DNA from: Elusimicrobia bacterium HGW-Elusimicrobia-1
GTDB lineage: Bacteria > Elusimicrobiota > Endomicrobiia > PHAN01
Length of the DNA stretch: 64,000 nt
Reading direction: 5' to 3'
Assembly: GCA_002841695.1 (NCBI GenBank)
Contig: PHAN01000003.1
Location: 164,849 to 228,848, forward strand
Shown here piece by piece: positions 16,503 through 25,157 of the stretch. The position numbers and the translations under genes are program-made. A model generated the notes under the pieces. That model made no database searches. It saw only the letters and a list, made by a program, of their open reading frames with translations, and was not told the DNA's origin. The stretch's first letter is position 1; each line of letters opens with the position of its first letter.

Positions 16503-17291
16503 ATGATAGAATTATTGAAGCGTTGCGCTATGAATTATTCGACACTGTCTTGCTGCCATCCGCAACCCCATACGTGCGATTGTCCCTCCTGTTTCCACGA
16601 CGGTTTTCGTGGGGGAAAAGATATATATAATTGTCCCAAAAAGGTTAATTACTACGTCATAAATTATGGCCCATCCTTTGTCAGTGAAATCTATCATTAT
16701 TTAAGCAATTCTCAAATTCTTGAAAATAATTTCATGAACAAGAAAATAAAAATATTGTCATTAGGATGTGGTTTCGCCCCAGATTTTTTGGCTGCCACTA
16801 AGTATATTTCAGACAATGACTTATCAATGAGCATTGATTATCATGGAATAGATATGAACGATAGTTGGAAATCCGCAAGATATGAGCTCACAGGTGCCCG
16901 ATTTTCGACTGACGATGTAAGCGTGAATATCGATCTTTCGGGCTATGATATTGTGATAATAGGCAAATTGTTTTCAACGCTTATGAAAAATTCCCTTGGG
17001 GGCAAATTTCTTGACACGTTTAGATGGGCGGTATCAAGTCAACTTAAGAAAAGTGCTTTTGTTATTTTTAATGACATCAATAGTCGGAATAAGGGGCGGG
17101 ATGTATTTCATAACAGAGTGTGTGACCTTTTTACTAGCGTTCGTCAATATTATTGCGATGATCCTCCATACAAAGGCGCGAGTTGGATACCAATCCCAGA
17201 GAATCATATTGTTTGTAGTATTCCTATTGGTTTTGAGCACAGCCCGCTGAGAGAAATAAGACAAAGCGTATTTTTTGAGTATAAAAAATAA
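16503..17291 (+). CDS. Zn-ribbon + class-I SAM-methyltransferase-like protein (cargo gene C)
   Basis: N-terminal Cys cluster 'CCHPQPHTCDCPSCFH...CPKK'. 'KILSLGCGFAPDF' is Rossmann motif I (hh(D/E)hGxGxG); 'YHGIDMN' and 'DIVIIG' fit motifs II and IV. RBS 'aaaggagg'. The track start is GTG at 16491. Confidence 0.4.
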   Translation: MIELLKRCAMNYSTLSCCHPQPHTCDCPSCFHDGFRGGKDIYNCPKKVNYYVINYGPSFVSEIYHYLSNSQILENNFMNKKIKILSLGCGFAPDFLAATKYISDNDLSMSIDYHGIDMNDSWKSARYELTGARFSTDDVSVNIDLSGYDIVIIGKLFSTLMKNSLGGKFLDTFRWAVSSQLKKSAFVIFNDINSRNKGRDVFHNRVCDLFTSVRQYYCDDPPYKGASWIPIPENHIVCSIPIGFEHSPLREIRQSVFFEYKK

Positions 17292-17294
17292 CTT

Positions 17295-18230
17295 ATGATA
17301 ATAAGTGCCAGTCGGCGCACAGATATTCCCGCCTTTTATTCTGAATGGCTGTTTAATCGGTTTAGAGAGAGCTATTTGTTGGTGAGAAATCCCATGAATA
17401 TTCATCAGATAAGCCGTATTAATTTATCGCCACAGTTGATTGATTGTATCGTATTCTGGACAAAAAACCCAGCAGGAATGCTTAATAGATTGAACGAATT
17501 AAGGGGTTACGATTACTATTTTCAGTTTACGATTACCGGGTATGGTAAGAGTTTGGAGCCTAATGTGGCGGCACTCAATCAGAGGTTGGATATTTTTAAG
17601 ACTTTATCTGATAAAATAGGCAAAAAACGAGTAATTTGGCGTTATGACCCGATAATATTTTCAAACGATTTTGACGTTCAATATCACGTAAAAATGTTCA
17701 AGTATATCGCACAAGAGTTGGAAGGTAAAACCCAAAGGTGTGTTATTAGTTTCGTGGATTTTTATAAAAAAATACTGAAAAATATGTCATCAGTTGGACC
17801 GGCTAATTTCGATAATGCTTACTTGTTTGAAGTTGCAAATGCCCTGTCGAACGTTTCTTCGAGACATAATATAGAATTGACAAGTTGTGCTGAAGAAGTC
17901 GATCTTGCCAAATACGGGATATCCCATGGTAAGTGCATTGATGATAAACTGATCGAGGAAATCTTTAATATTCGATTAGATATTGCCAAAGATAAAACGC
18001 AAAGAGAAGAGTGCGGTTGTGTTGCCAGTATTGACATCGGTGCTTATAACACATGCCCCAACGGGTGTTTGTATTGTTACGCTAATTATGATATGAATAA
18101 GGTTCGGCATAACTATTCTTTGCATGACCCCGAGTCCCCACTCTTGTTTGGAGATATTGGGGCTAACGATAAAATAACAGAAAGAAAATTAAAAAGTTGT
18201 AAGGTGTATCAAAGGGGTTTGTTTTCTTAA
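17295..18230 (+). CDS. DUF1848-like protein with C-terminal Cys cluster (cargo gene D)
   Basis: The N-terminus 'MIISASRRTDIPAFYSEW' matches, as I recall it, the characteristic start of the DUF1848 family. The C-terminus 'CGCVASIDIGAYNTCPNGCLYCYAN' is a Cys-rich putative metal/Fe-S site. Starts 4 nt after gene C. Confidence 0.45.
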   Translation: MIISASRRTDIPAFYSEWLFNRFRESYLLVRNPMNIHQISRINLSPQLIDCIVFWTKNPAGMLNRLNELRGYDYYFQFTITGYGKSLEPNVAALNQRLDIFKTLSDKIGKKRVIWRYDPIIFSNDFDVQYHVKMFKYIAQELEGKTQRCVISFVDFYKKILKNMSSVGPANFDNAYLFEVANALSNVSSRHNIELTSCAEEVDLAKYGISHGKCIDDKLIEEIFNIRLDIAKDKTQREECGCVASIDIGAYNTCPNGCLYCYANYDMNKVRHNYSLHDPESPLLFGDIGANDKITERKLKSCKVYQRGLFS

Positions 18231-18297
18231 ATTTTTTTTTGACATCCCGCCGGAAAGTTCAATTTAAAGCCCCCCAAAAACGTCTCTTAAAAAACCC

Positions 18298-18326
18298 TTG
18301 ACTTCCGGTAGATTTTTTATTACAAT
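18298..18326 (+). promoter_or_regulatory. sigma70 promoter TTGACT-17-TACAAT followed by a palindromic operator-like site
   Basis: ttgact at 18298-18303, 17-nt spacer, tacaat at 18321-18326. Inverted repeat atacatgta-caaca-catgtatat at 18327-18350. Confidence 0.45.
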
Positions 18327-18382
18327 ATACATGTACAACACATGTATATGTAATTAATTAAACCCCATTGGGGGATTCTACC

Positions 18383-19324
18383 ATGAATGCGCAAAGATTA
18401 AAAAAGCGTTTACCTAGTTCAGATGAAACTCAACCGTCACAGAAGATTTGCCGGATCGTAGCCACGCCGGAAGCCGAAAAAGACCTTCGTCAAAATGTGG
18501 ATAGACGGATAGATGAACTGGTTAAACGTCGTAGTGCCCAAGCCGTTGATATCGATAAGGCGGCCGGAGAGCAAAAAACTATAAGCCCTAAAGATGAGGC
18601 CACTGTGGTCAAGAAAATCAAACAACTGAATGATAAGTATTTTGCCGCAAATATTATTGAACACACTGTATGTAAAGAGCGCCGTCTCGCCCTTGGTCAG
18701 GTAAAGAAGATAGCGGGGCTTACTCGACGTCAAATAATATACTGGCAGTCAGTAGATGCGATGTTTTTTGGGCAGGAGGGCGCTTATGACCCTCGGAGAT
18801 TTTCCATTGGCGATGTTATCAAGTTGATGATTATAAAAGAGATTAAGCAAAACACGGGCATACCGCCGAAAAGATTAAACAGGTTTGTCTCGTGGATTCA
18901 AAGATATAACATCGTCGACGCCCGTCTTCACGATTTTTCCGTCGGGCGGGATATTTTTCTTTATTCGGATTTAAAGTCAATCTGGTATTCCGGTCACGGC
19001 GTGGACGGTCGGGTCCCGCAGAAATGGGGAGATAAACCGATTGTCCTTATGCCGCTCAATGATATTTTCAAAAAAGTATTGCTTAATCCTGCGGTTTTCT
19101 CCGATAAGTTTCGAGTCGAGAAACAGGGCGAGCAGTTTGTTTATTTTATAAACGGCAAGAAGTTCGATTTTGCGTCGTATAAGAATCATCCGAACCCGGG
19201 CGGACTCAAATTAACACTTCAAAAATCCGACTTGCCTATAGTTTTCAACTATCGAGTAAAGAAATACGCACTTCATAGCACTGATGGCGGAGGCCTTGTA
19301 CTGAAAAACGCTGAGTCAAAATAG
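18383..19324 (+). CDS. hypothetical protein with MerR/excisionase-like HTH segment (cargo gene E)
   Basis: 'LGQVKKIAGLTRRQIIYWQSV' resembles a MerR-superfamily HTH. RBS 'ggggga' 7 nt upstream of the ATG. The track start is TTG at 18368. Confidence 0.4.
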   Translation: MNAQRLKKRLPSSDETQPSQKICRIVATPEAEKDLRQNVDRRIDELVKRRSAQAVDIDKAAGEQKTISPKDEATVVKKIKQLNDKYFAANIIEHTVCKERRLALGQVKKIAGLTRRQIIYWQSVDAMFFGQEGAYDPRRFSIGDVIKLMIIKEIKQNTGIPPKRLNRFVSWIQRYNIVDARLHDFSVGRDIFLYSDLKSIWYSGHGVDGRVPQKWGDKPIVLMPLNDIFKKVLLNPAVFSDKFRVEKQGEQFVYFINGKKFDFASYKNHPNPGGLKLTLQKSDLPIVFNYRVKKYALHSTDGGGLVLKNAESK

Positions 19325-19399
19325 AAGTCGAATAAAAATATTTCCAAACACTTTCTCTGTTCGTAATAACTAAACGGGAATCAGTCCCGTGGGTGTGAG

Positions 19400-19454
19400 C
19401 CGACAGAGCAGGGTATGCTTGAGGAAAAGCACGCACCCGCTCTGTCGGTTTTTA
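19400..19454 (+). terminator. rho-independent terminator
   Basis: CCGACAGAGC ... GCTCTGTCGG stem followed by TTTTTATTTT. Confidence 0.55.
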
Positions 19455-19491
19455 TTTTACGACGTGGCGGGGCGTAACTAAGGAGAGAAAT

Positions 19492-19674
19492 ATGGCAAAG
19501 ATAGTAAAGCGTTTTGTCTGGAAGTATATAACAGTAGAGGTTATGCGACGCGGGAACGGCTGGCCCGTGGTCAGAAAAATCAGGGTTCCCACGATTGCAC
19601 GCGTCGCTTGGTACTGGAAGGTCGGCAAGCCGCCGCGATATTACCCTTACCACAGCCGCCGTCGTCGTCGGTAA
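19492..19674 (+). CDS. small basic hypothetical protein
   Basis: Strong RBS 'taaggagag' 6 nt upstream; 60 aa, Arg/Lys-rich. Confidence 0.35.
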   Translation: MAKIVKRFVWKYITVEVMRRGNGWPVVRKIRVPTIARVAWYWKVGKPPRYYPYHSRRRRR

Positions 19675-19718
19675 AATCGGCGGAGGATTTTGTATCCGCC
19701 TCAACAAAGGAGAAGTTT

Positions 19719-19901
19719 ATGGAAAGAAAACTACTAAAAGTCGCCGAGGCCGCGGAATATCTTGGCACGACGGAAGGCACGCTTTACGTCTGGGTTTGCA
19801 GGAAACGCATCCCTCATATAAAAATGGGCCGCAAGTTGATGTTTGACGTCTCGGATTTGGAGAAATGGATAGCATCGCAGAAAATCCCCGCGGAATCGTG
19901 A
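19719..19901 (+). CDS. AlpA/Xis-family excisionase-type HTH protein
   Basis: 'KVAEAAEYLGTTEGTLYVWVCRKRIPHIKMGRKLMFDVSDLEKWI' matches the phage excisionase/AlpA HTH_17 pattern. RBS 'aaaggag'. The track ORF starts at 19608. Confidence 0.6.
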   Translation: MERKLLKVAEAAEYLGTTEGTLYVWVCRKRIPHIKMGRKLMFDVSDLEKWIASQKIPAES

Positions 19902-19946
19902 TGATGAGTCGGGGAATTGTGATTTCTAAGGGGGAATTTAGTATCA

Positions 19947-21197
19947 TTGAGGGGGTATATTATGAGATTATTCAAAAAATGTTCTCATTGCCGGAGCCAG
20001 TTCGCGGCGACGAAGATAACCGCTGCCGCCGAAGCGGCCAAATGCCCCAAGTGCGGGGCGTCTCTTCGCGGTGCCCAGTGGTATATCGACTACTACGTGG
20101 GCTACGAGCGTAAGAGAGAGGCCGTCGGCACACAAAAGCGTTTCGCCGAGGAAGTCATAGCCAAGCGCCGCATCGAGATAAAAGAGGGGAAGTTCTTTGA
20201 CAGAAAAAAAGAGAGCGTGCACAGATTAAAAGAAATCCTCGACGACTTTCTGGCGTATTCCAAAACCAACAAGAAATCCTATGAGCGCGACATCGGACTC
20301 GTCAAGCAGCTTCTGACTTACTTCGACGGCTCCAAGCGCCTTGAGGCGGTAACGCCGATCCTCATCGAACAATACAAAGGCAAACGCCTCAACGCCGACG
20401 GAAGAAAGCCCGCGACGGTAAACCGCGAACTCGCCTGCCTCAAGTGCGCTTTCAACTGGGCGATAAAAAACGCCAAGGCGTCGGCGAACCCCGTGCGAAG
20501 CGTCAAACTCTTGAAAGAAAACAATATGCGCTTGCGCTATCTCTCGCAAGAAGAAATCGGACGGCTTCTTAACGCCTGTCCGACGACGATAAGGCGCATC
20601 GTGACCGCCGCGCTTCACACCGGAATGCGCCTGGGGGAAATACTTCCTCTCAAATGGGAAGACATTGATTTCGCTCAGAATATCATCATCCTCAAAAATA
20701 CCAAAAGCGGCCGGATGAGAGAAATCCCGATAAACGGGGTTTTGCGCAAAACGCTCAATGAGTGCCGCAAAAACACGGATGAAGTCCACGTCTTCTGCAA
20801 CGAATCGGGCGTGCCTTATCGCAGTATCAATAGCATGTTCCAGCGCATAATCAAGAAAGCGGGCATTGCCGATTTCCGGTTCCACGATTTGCGCCATACG
20901 GCGGCATCATACATGGTCATGTTGGGCATACAACTTGCCACCGTAAGGGAGATTTTGGGCCATCAGAGCATCAATATGACGCTCAGGTATGCCCACCTGT
21001 CTCAGGAGCACAAACTCACGGCAATGGAGATGTTGGGGACGCGACTCGACACCCTTTCGACACCCCGACCCCCCGATGGCCAAAACACCCGAAAAGAGGG
21101 TGATGAGAAAAGTATTGATATTTCAGCATTTTTGAGTAATCTGGAGAGGTCGCCTAGTGGTTTAGGGCGGCGGTTTGCTAAACCGCTGTCCCGCTAA
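19947..21197 (+). CDS. int: tyrosine recombinase (phage-type integrase), C-terminal tail reads into tRNA-Ser
   Basis: Catalytic-domain motifs 'RLGEILPLKWEDIDF', 'HDLRHTAASYMVMLG' and 'LGHQSINMTLRYAHL'. N-terminal zinc ribbon (CSHCRS...CPKCG). The last ~18 codons (stop at 21195-21197) are tRNA sequence. Confidence 0.8.
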   Translation: MRGYIMRLFKKCSHCRSQFAATKITAAAEAAKCPKCGASLRGAQWYIDYYVGYERKREAVGTQKRFAEEVIAKRRIEIKEGKFFDRKKESVHRLKEILDDFLAYSKTNKKSYERDIGLVKQLLTYFDGSKRLEAVTPILIEQYKGKRLNADGRKPATVNRELACLKCAFNWAIKNAKASANPVRSVKLLKENNMRLRYLSQEEIGRLLNACPTTIRRIVTAALHTGMRLGEILPLKWEDIDFAQNIIILKNTKSGRMREIPINGVLRKTLNECRKNTDEVHVFCNESGVPYRSINSMFQRIIKKAGIADFRFHDLRHTAASYMVMLGIQLATVREILGHQSINMTLRYAHLSQEHKLTAMEMLGTRLDTLSTPRPPDGQNTRKEGDEKSIDISAFLSNLERSPSGLGRRFAKPLSR

Positions 21198-21231
21198 AGC
21201 GGGACCGGGGGTTCGAATCCCCCCCTCTCCG
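21143..21231 (+). tRNA. tRNA-Ser (anticodon GCU), long variable arm
   Basis: Acceptor GGAGAGG/CCTCTCC. Anticodon loop TT-GCT-AA in stem GCGGCGG/ACCGCT. Long variable arm GTCCCGCTAAAGCGGGAC. T-arm GGGGGTTCGAATCCCCC. Discriminator G. Confidence 0.8.
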
Positions 21232-21486
21232 ATACCTTTTGAACAGACAGAAAGCTTTTTGGTAAGTCGAGTAAGGGCAGTTTGGGCTCTTTCGGAGACA
21301 AAATATACACCACGCCGTCATTTAAGCAAGACGCTCCGCATCTTTACCTGAAAGCCGCGGACGTCTTCGGCAACGTCGCAATCAGCGGCAAAAATTGACG
21401 GATTTCGCCGCATCTCTCTATAAAATCCAAATCCAATCGGCGTTCGATGCCCCCGTCGGCGCCTTGATAATTTCAAAGGGGGCACA

Positions 21487-22518
21487 ATGAATCCGAAAAA
21501 AATTCTCATCATAAAACCCAGCGGCATAGGCGACATCGTTCACGCCGCGCCCGTGGCCAAAGCGCTTAAAATCCTCTATCCTGCGTCGGAAATACACTGG
21601 GTGGTCTTTACGAAGTTCGCAGGTATAATGCGCTGCGTCGAGGGTGTCGACGCTCTTGTAAAATGGGATCGCAAGGGCGGGATTAAGGAATATTTCAGGG
21701 TTCTCGGTGAGATACGCCGACGTCGCTACGACATAGTCATCGACCTGCAGGGGCTTTTGCGGTCGGCTTTTTTAAACCGCTTTTCCAATGCGGCAAATAA
21801 ATTTTCCACGCCGCTTTTGCGCGAATTGGCGTGGCTCGTGGAACGTCCCGTCGAGAAATACGATCCGCGCCTGCACGCCGTCGAGCGGAATTACAGGGTG
21901 GCGGAATTTATCGCGCGAATCGAAGGCAAACAAATTCCCGCTCCGTCGGAACTCGTTCCATGGTTGAAAGTTCCCGACAGGGAGGATGGTATAGCCGCCG
22001 TCGCGCTTTCCAAGGCGTCGTTACCGGCGGCGTTTGCCGTGGCCAGCCGCGGCCGGCACAAAATCTGGCCGGCGGAAAAATTCGCAGAACTTATAAACCG
22101 CATGAGCGATCCGGCGGAGAATGTCGCTGCCGTCACGCCTGTTCTGGTAGGCAGCGCAGGCGAGCGCGACATCGCCGCGGCGGTTGTATCCAAACTTAAA
22201 CGTAAGGCCGTCAACCTGGTCGGCGAGATATCGCTCCCGGAGCTGGCGGGCGTTTTGAAAAAGTGCCGTATCGTCGTAGGAAATGATTCCGGGGTGATTC
22301 ATATAGCCGCGGCATTGGGCGTCCCCACGCTGGGTGTATTCGGAGCCACGAATCCCGTATGGTACAGGCCGTATAACGATAAGTCCGCTTATGTTTATAA
22401 AAAATGCCCGTGTTCACCCTGCGACATAAAGACCTCCTGCCGCGATTTCAAGTGCATGAAAGATATAACAGTCGAAGATGTTTTGAAAAAAGCGATGGAT
22501 ATTTTGGGGAAACGTTAA
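21487..22518 (+). CDS. GT9 ADP-heptose:LPS heptosyltransferase
   Basis: '[19 protein letters not shown]' is the GT9 N-terminal motif; C-terminal '[16 protein letters not shown]'. Confidence 0.7.
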   Translation: MNPKKILIIKPSGIGDIVHAAPVAKALKILYPASEIHWVVFTKFAGIMRCVEGVDALVKWDRKGGIKEYFRVLGEIRRRRYDIVIDLQGLLRSAFLNRFSNAANKFSTPLLRELAWLVERPVEKYDPRLHAVERNYRVAEFIARIEGKQIPAPSELVPWLKVPDREDGIAAVALSKASLPAAFAVASRGRHKIWPAEKFAELINRMSDPAENVAAVTPVLVGSAGERDIAAAVVSKLKRKAVNLVGEISLPELAGVLKKCRIVVGNDSGVIHIAAALGVPTLGVFGATNPVWYRPYNDKSAYVYKKCPCSPCDIKTSCRDFKCMKDITVEDVLKKAMDILGKR

Positions 22519-22552
22519 AAATATCATAAAGCCGACCGGGAGATTATATTGT

Positions 22553-22765
22553 ATGGAAAAACAACTGGGTAAATTGATAAGCAAGTTGTCCGAAGTCAAC
22601 ATCACGCTTTGGCATGAGGAAGATAAGGCCCGCGTCGACGATGACCATCAAATCGCCGCGGCCAAAAGAAACATCGACAAATTGAACCAGCAGAGAAATG
22701 ACCTGATTGAACAAATTGATGAGTGCGTATTAAGCATATACAGGGAGGGAAAAAGCAATGGCTGA
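22553..22765 (+). CDS. small DUF4254-like protein (paralog a)
   Basis: 70 aa, paralogous to the next ORF ([17 protein letters not shown]...[11 protein letters not shown] vs [18 protein letters not shown]...[11 protein letters not shown]). I recall this family as associated with GT9 heptosyltransferase genes. Confidence 0.4.
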   Translation: MEKQLGKLISKLSEVNITLWHEEDKARVDDDHQIAAAKRNIDKLNQQRNDLIEQIDECVLSIYREGKSNG

Positions 22766-23030
22766 AACTGTGGGGAGTTTGGTCGACAAAATAACTATCG
22801 CCGACTTAAAAATATTTCATATGGGCGAACAAACTAAACGCAACGATGCCGGCGCCGAGCATATTATAAAATGCAAACAGCGGATAGATATTATGGTTTT
22901 GCAAAGGGATGACTTGATTAATGAGTTGAATCAACTTGTGAAAGATATTTTTTCCGGGGAATATAAGCCGAAAATGTATCGGCAATTCAAGATGTATAAC
23001 GACCCGAAATACGGGATAAAAACAAAATAA
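22758..23030 (+). CDS. small DUF4254-like protein (paralog b)
   Basis: See previous entry; the two ORFs overlap by 8 nt. Confidence 0.4.
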   Translation: MAETVGSLVDKITIADLKIFHMGEQTKRNDAGAEHIIKCKQRIDIMVLQRDDLINELNQLVKDIFSGEYKPKMYRQFKMYNDPKYGIKTK

Positions 23031-23088
23031 AACCAAATCACGTTTTGACATAAGCATAGTTTTACTGCGGCGGCATAAGAGCTTTTTT

Positions 23089-24099
23089 ATGAAGATAGCG
23101 GTTTTCCTTCCGAATTATATCGGCGATATTTTGATGACCACTCCCGCGATAAGATATTTGAAATTAAACTATCCCTCCGCCGAGATAACAGCGGTAGTGA
23201 AAGAGTGTTATAAGGAACTTGTGGACGAAAATCCGAATGTAGGCGGGATAATAGCGAAATCGTCCAAATATAAACTTTTAAAAGATATTATCGCCCTGAA
23301 ACCCGATGCTGTCGTATTATTCAGAACGACATTTTCCAATTCGCTTGCGGCTTTTGCCTCAGGAGCCGGATACTCCGTCGGCGTCAAAGAAGATCTTTCG
23401 AATTTATTTCTCAAAAGCGCCGTCTCCGTCGATAAAAAAAGACCATACAGGGCGGAATGCCTGGCGCTGACAAAGAAACTTTTGAACGACTATTTGAAAA
23501 TATCGGCCCCGGCCGAAGTCGATTTGACGAAAATAGATTTTACCGGATGGAATAAAGATGAAATCAGAAATACCGTAAAGAGAAAACTTGAGATGTTGGG
23601 CGTCGATACTTCGAAAAAACTTATCACTATCAGCCCCGTGGCCACGAGAAAGACAAAAATGCTGAGTGCGGCCGGATACATAAAACTTTTTGGGTTGCTG
23701 AAACTGAAATATGCGGACTGCCAAATAGTTCTTGCGGGTTCCGTGAAGGACAGGGATTACTGCCTGAATCTGGCTTGTGACGCGGGGGTAAAGTTTATCA
23801 CCGGAGATTTTAATCTCAAGGAACTGGCGGCGATGATTTCAATGAGCGAACTTTTTATATCGCCCGATACGGGCGCTTCGTATATAGCGCAGGCCGTGGG
23901 CGCGAAGACGTTTATTTATTTTACATCCACCGATCCGGAAAAGTACGGGCCGTTTTGCGAAAAAACAAAGATTGTGTACAAGCCGGTTTCCTGCTCGCCG
24001 TGCTACAAAGACGAATGTTTTCAAATAAATAAGTATCTGTGTGTCGAAAGTATAAAACCGGAAGAAATAGTTGACAAGATATCCGGATTGGAATCGTGA
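23089..24099 (+). CDS. GT9 heptosyltransferase
   Basis: 'KIAVFLPNYIGDILMTTPAI' N-terminal motif and 'SPDTGASYIAQAVG' C-terminal motif. Confidence 0.65.
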   Translation: MKIAVFLPNYIGDILMTTPAIRYLKLNYPSAEITAVVKECYKELVDENPNVGGIIAKSSKYKLLKDIIALKPDAVVLFRTTFSNSLAAFASGAGYSVGVKEDLSNLFLKSAVSVDKKRPYRAECLALTKKLLNDYLKISAPAEVDLTKIDFTGWNKDEIRNTVKRKLEMLGVDTSKKLITISPVATRKTKMLSAAGYIKLFGLLKLKYADCQIVLAGSVKDRDYCLNLACDAGVKFITGDFNLKELAAMISMSELFISPDTGASYIAQAVGAKTFIYFTSTDPEKYGPFCEKTKIVYKPVSCSPCYKDECFQINKYLCVESIKPEEIVDKISGLES

Positions 24100-25157
24100 T
24101 GGCGAATAACGGAACATTTAATAATATTCTCGTTCGCGGCGTGGATACCGTGGGGACATTTGTCCTGGCGACACCTTTTTACAGGGCGTTGCGAAGGAAT
24201 TACCCTTCGTCAAAAATAGTTTTATGCATAAAACCGCTGGTCAGAGAACTTGCCGCGAATTGCCCGTATATGGACGAGGTTATCATATATGATAAAAAGA
24301 AATACGGCGGTGAGTTCGGTTTCATAAGAGAGCTGAGGTCGAGGCAATTCGACGCCGCTTTCGTTTTGTCGGGCAGTTTCCATTCGGCGCTGATTTGTTA
24401 TCTGGCGGGAATCAAAAACACGATAGGTTACCCGCACGACAGGCGCGGATTTTTGCTTACCCATAAAATACCCGACAACAATAAACACTGCGTCGAGTAT
24501 CTTTTGAATATAATTGAACAACTTGGCGGGGCAGTCGAAAGCAGGGAGCCGGAATTATGGTTTTCCGACGATGATTTTTCAAAAGGGTCGCAAATATTGA
24601 AAGCGGCGGGATTAAACCGCGATGATAAAATTATCGGCATCGGTTTCGGCGCTGCCGGAGAGAGCGCCCGACGGTGGCCCACCGAAAATTGGACAGGGCT
24701 AATCAGAAATATTATTGAAGACAAAAGAGTGAAAGTTGTCTTGTTCGGCACAAAAAAAGATTTAGAGGAATCTGCTGTGATTGAAAGAGGCGTGGCCGAC
24801 GGAAGATTGATAAATCTTATAAACAGAACCAATACGGTCAAATTAGCCGAGTTCGCGGCTTGCGTTAAAGGATGCGCGGCGTACGTTTCCGTCGATACCG
24901 GCGGAATCCACGTCGCGGCCGCGCTGGGAGTTCCGGTTGTCGGCCTCTATGTGCCCGGCTCCGACGACAGGTGGGGCGCCAGGACTTTGAAAGGCGGTCC
25001 CGCACCGTCGCTGATATCAAAAAAAACGCCCTGCGCCCCGTGCGACCAGTCGAAGATGCGCCGTTGCCGCGATAACATTTGCATGCGCGCGATAACCGCG
25101 GAAGATGTCGGGCGCGCGCTGATCGGCGTGCCCCCCGCCCCGCCCTCCGTGCGATAA
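24096..25157 (+). CDS. GT9 heptosyltransferase
   Basis: 'ILVRGVDTVGTFVLATPF' and 'SVDTGGIHVAAALGVP'. Start overlaps the previous stop. Confidence 0.65.
   Translation: MMANNGTFNNILVRGVDTVGTFVLATPFYRALRRNYPSSKIVLCIKPLVRELAANCPYMDEVIIYDKKKYGGEFGFIRELRSRQFDAAFVLSGSFHSALICYLAGIKNTIGYPHDRRGFLLTHKIPDNNKHCVEYLLNIIEQLGGAVESREPELWFSDDDFSKGSQILKAAGLNRDDKIIGIGFGAAGESARRWPTENWTGLIRNIIEDKRVKVVLFGTKKDLEESAVIERGVADGRLINLINRTNTVKLAEFAACVKGCAAYVSVDTGGIHVAAALGVPVVGLYVPGSDDRWGARTLKGGPAPSLISKKTPCAPCDQSKMRRCRDNICMRAITAEDVGRALIGVPPAPPSVR

Larger units (their letters stand above)
14750..21231 (+). mobile_element. integrative genomic island: AT-rich cargo (14.75-19.33 kb) + small basic ORF + excisionase + tyrosine integrase, abutting tRNA-Ser
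   Basis: Visibly AT-rich cargo ends with an xis-int module whose 3' end overlaps a tRNA. The left boundary is not defined by a visible direct repeat. Confidence 0.5.

Noticed and set aside
19381-19707. 108-aa minus-strand ORF across the island terminator and small-ORF region
   Set aside because: It spans a rho-independent terminator on the opposite strand. It also overlaps a plus-strand ORF that has a strong RBS. It has no start context.
20226-20897. 223-aa minus-strand ORF inside the integrase gene
   Set aside because: The plus-strand integrase motifs (R..HxxR..Y) are clear. The antisense ORF has no features.
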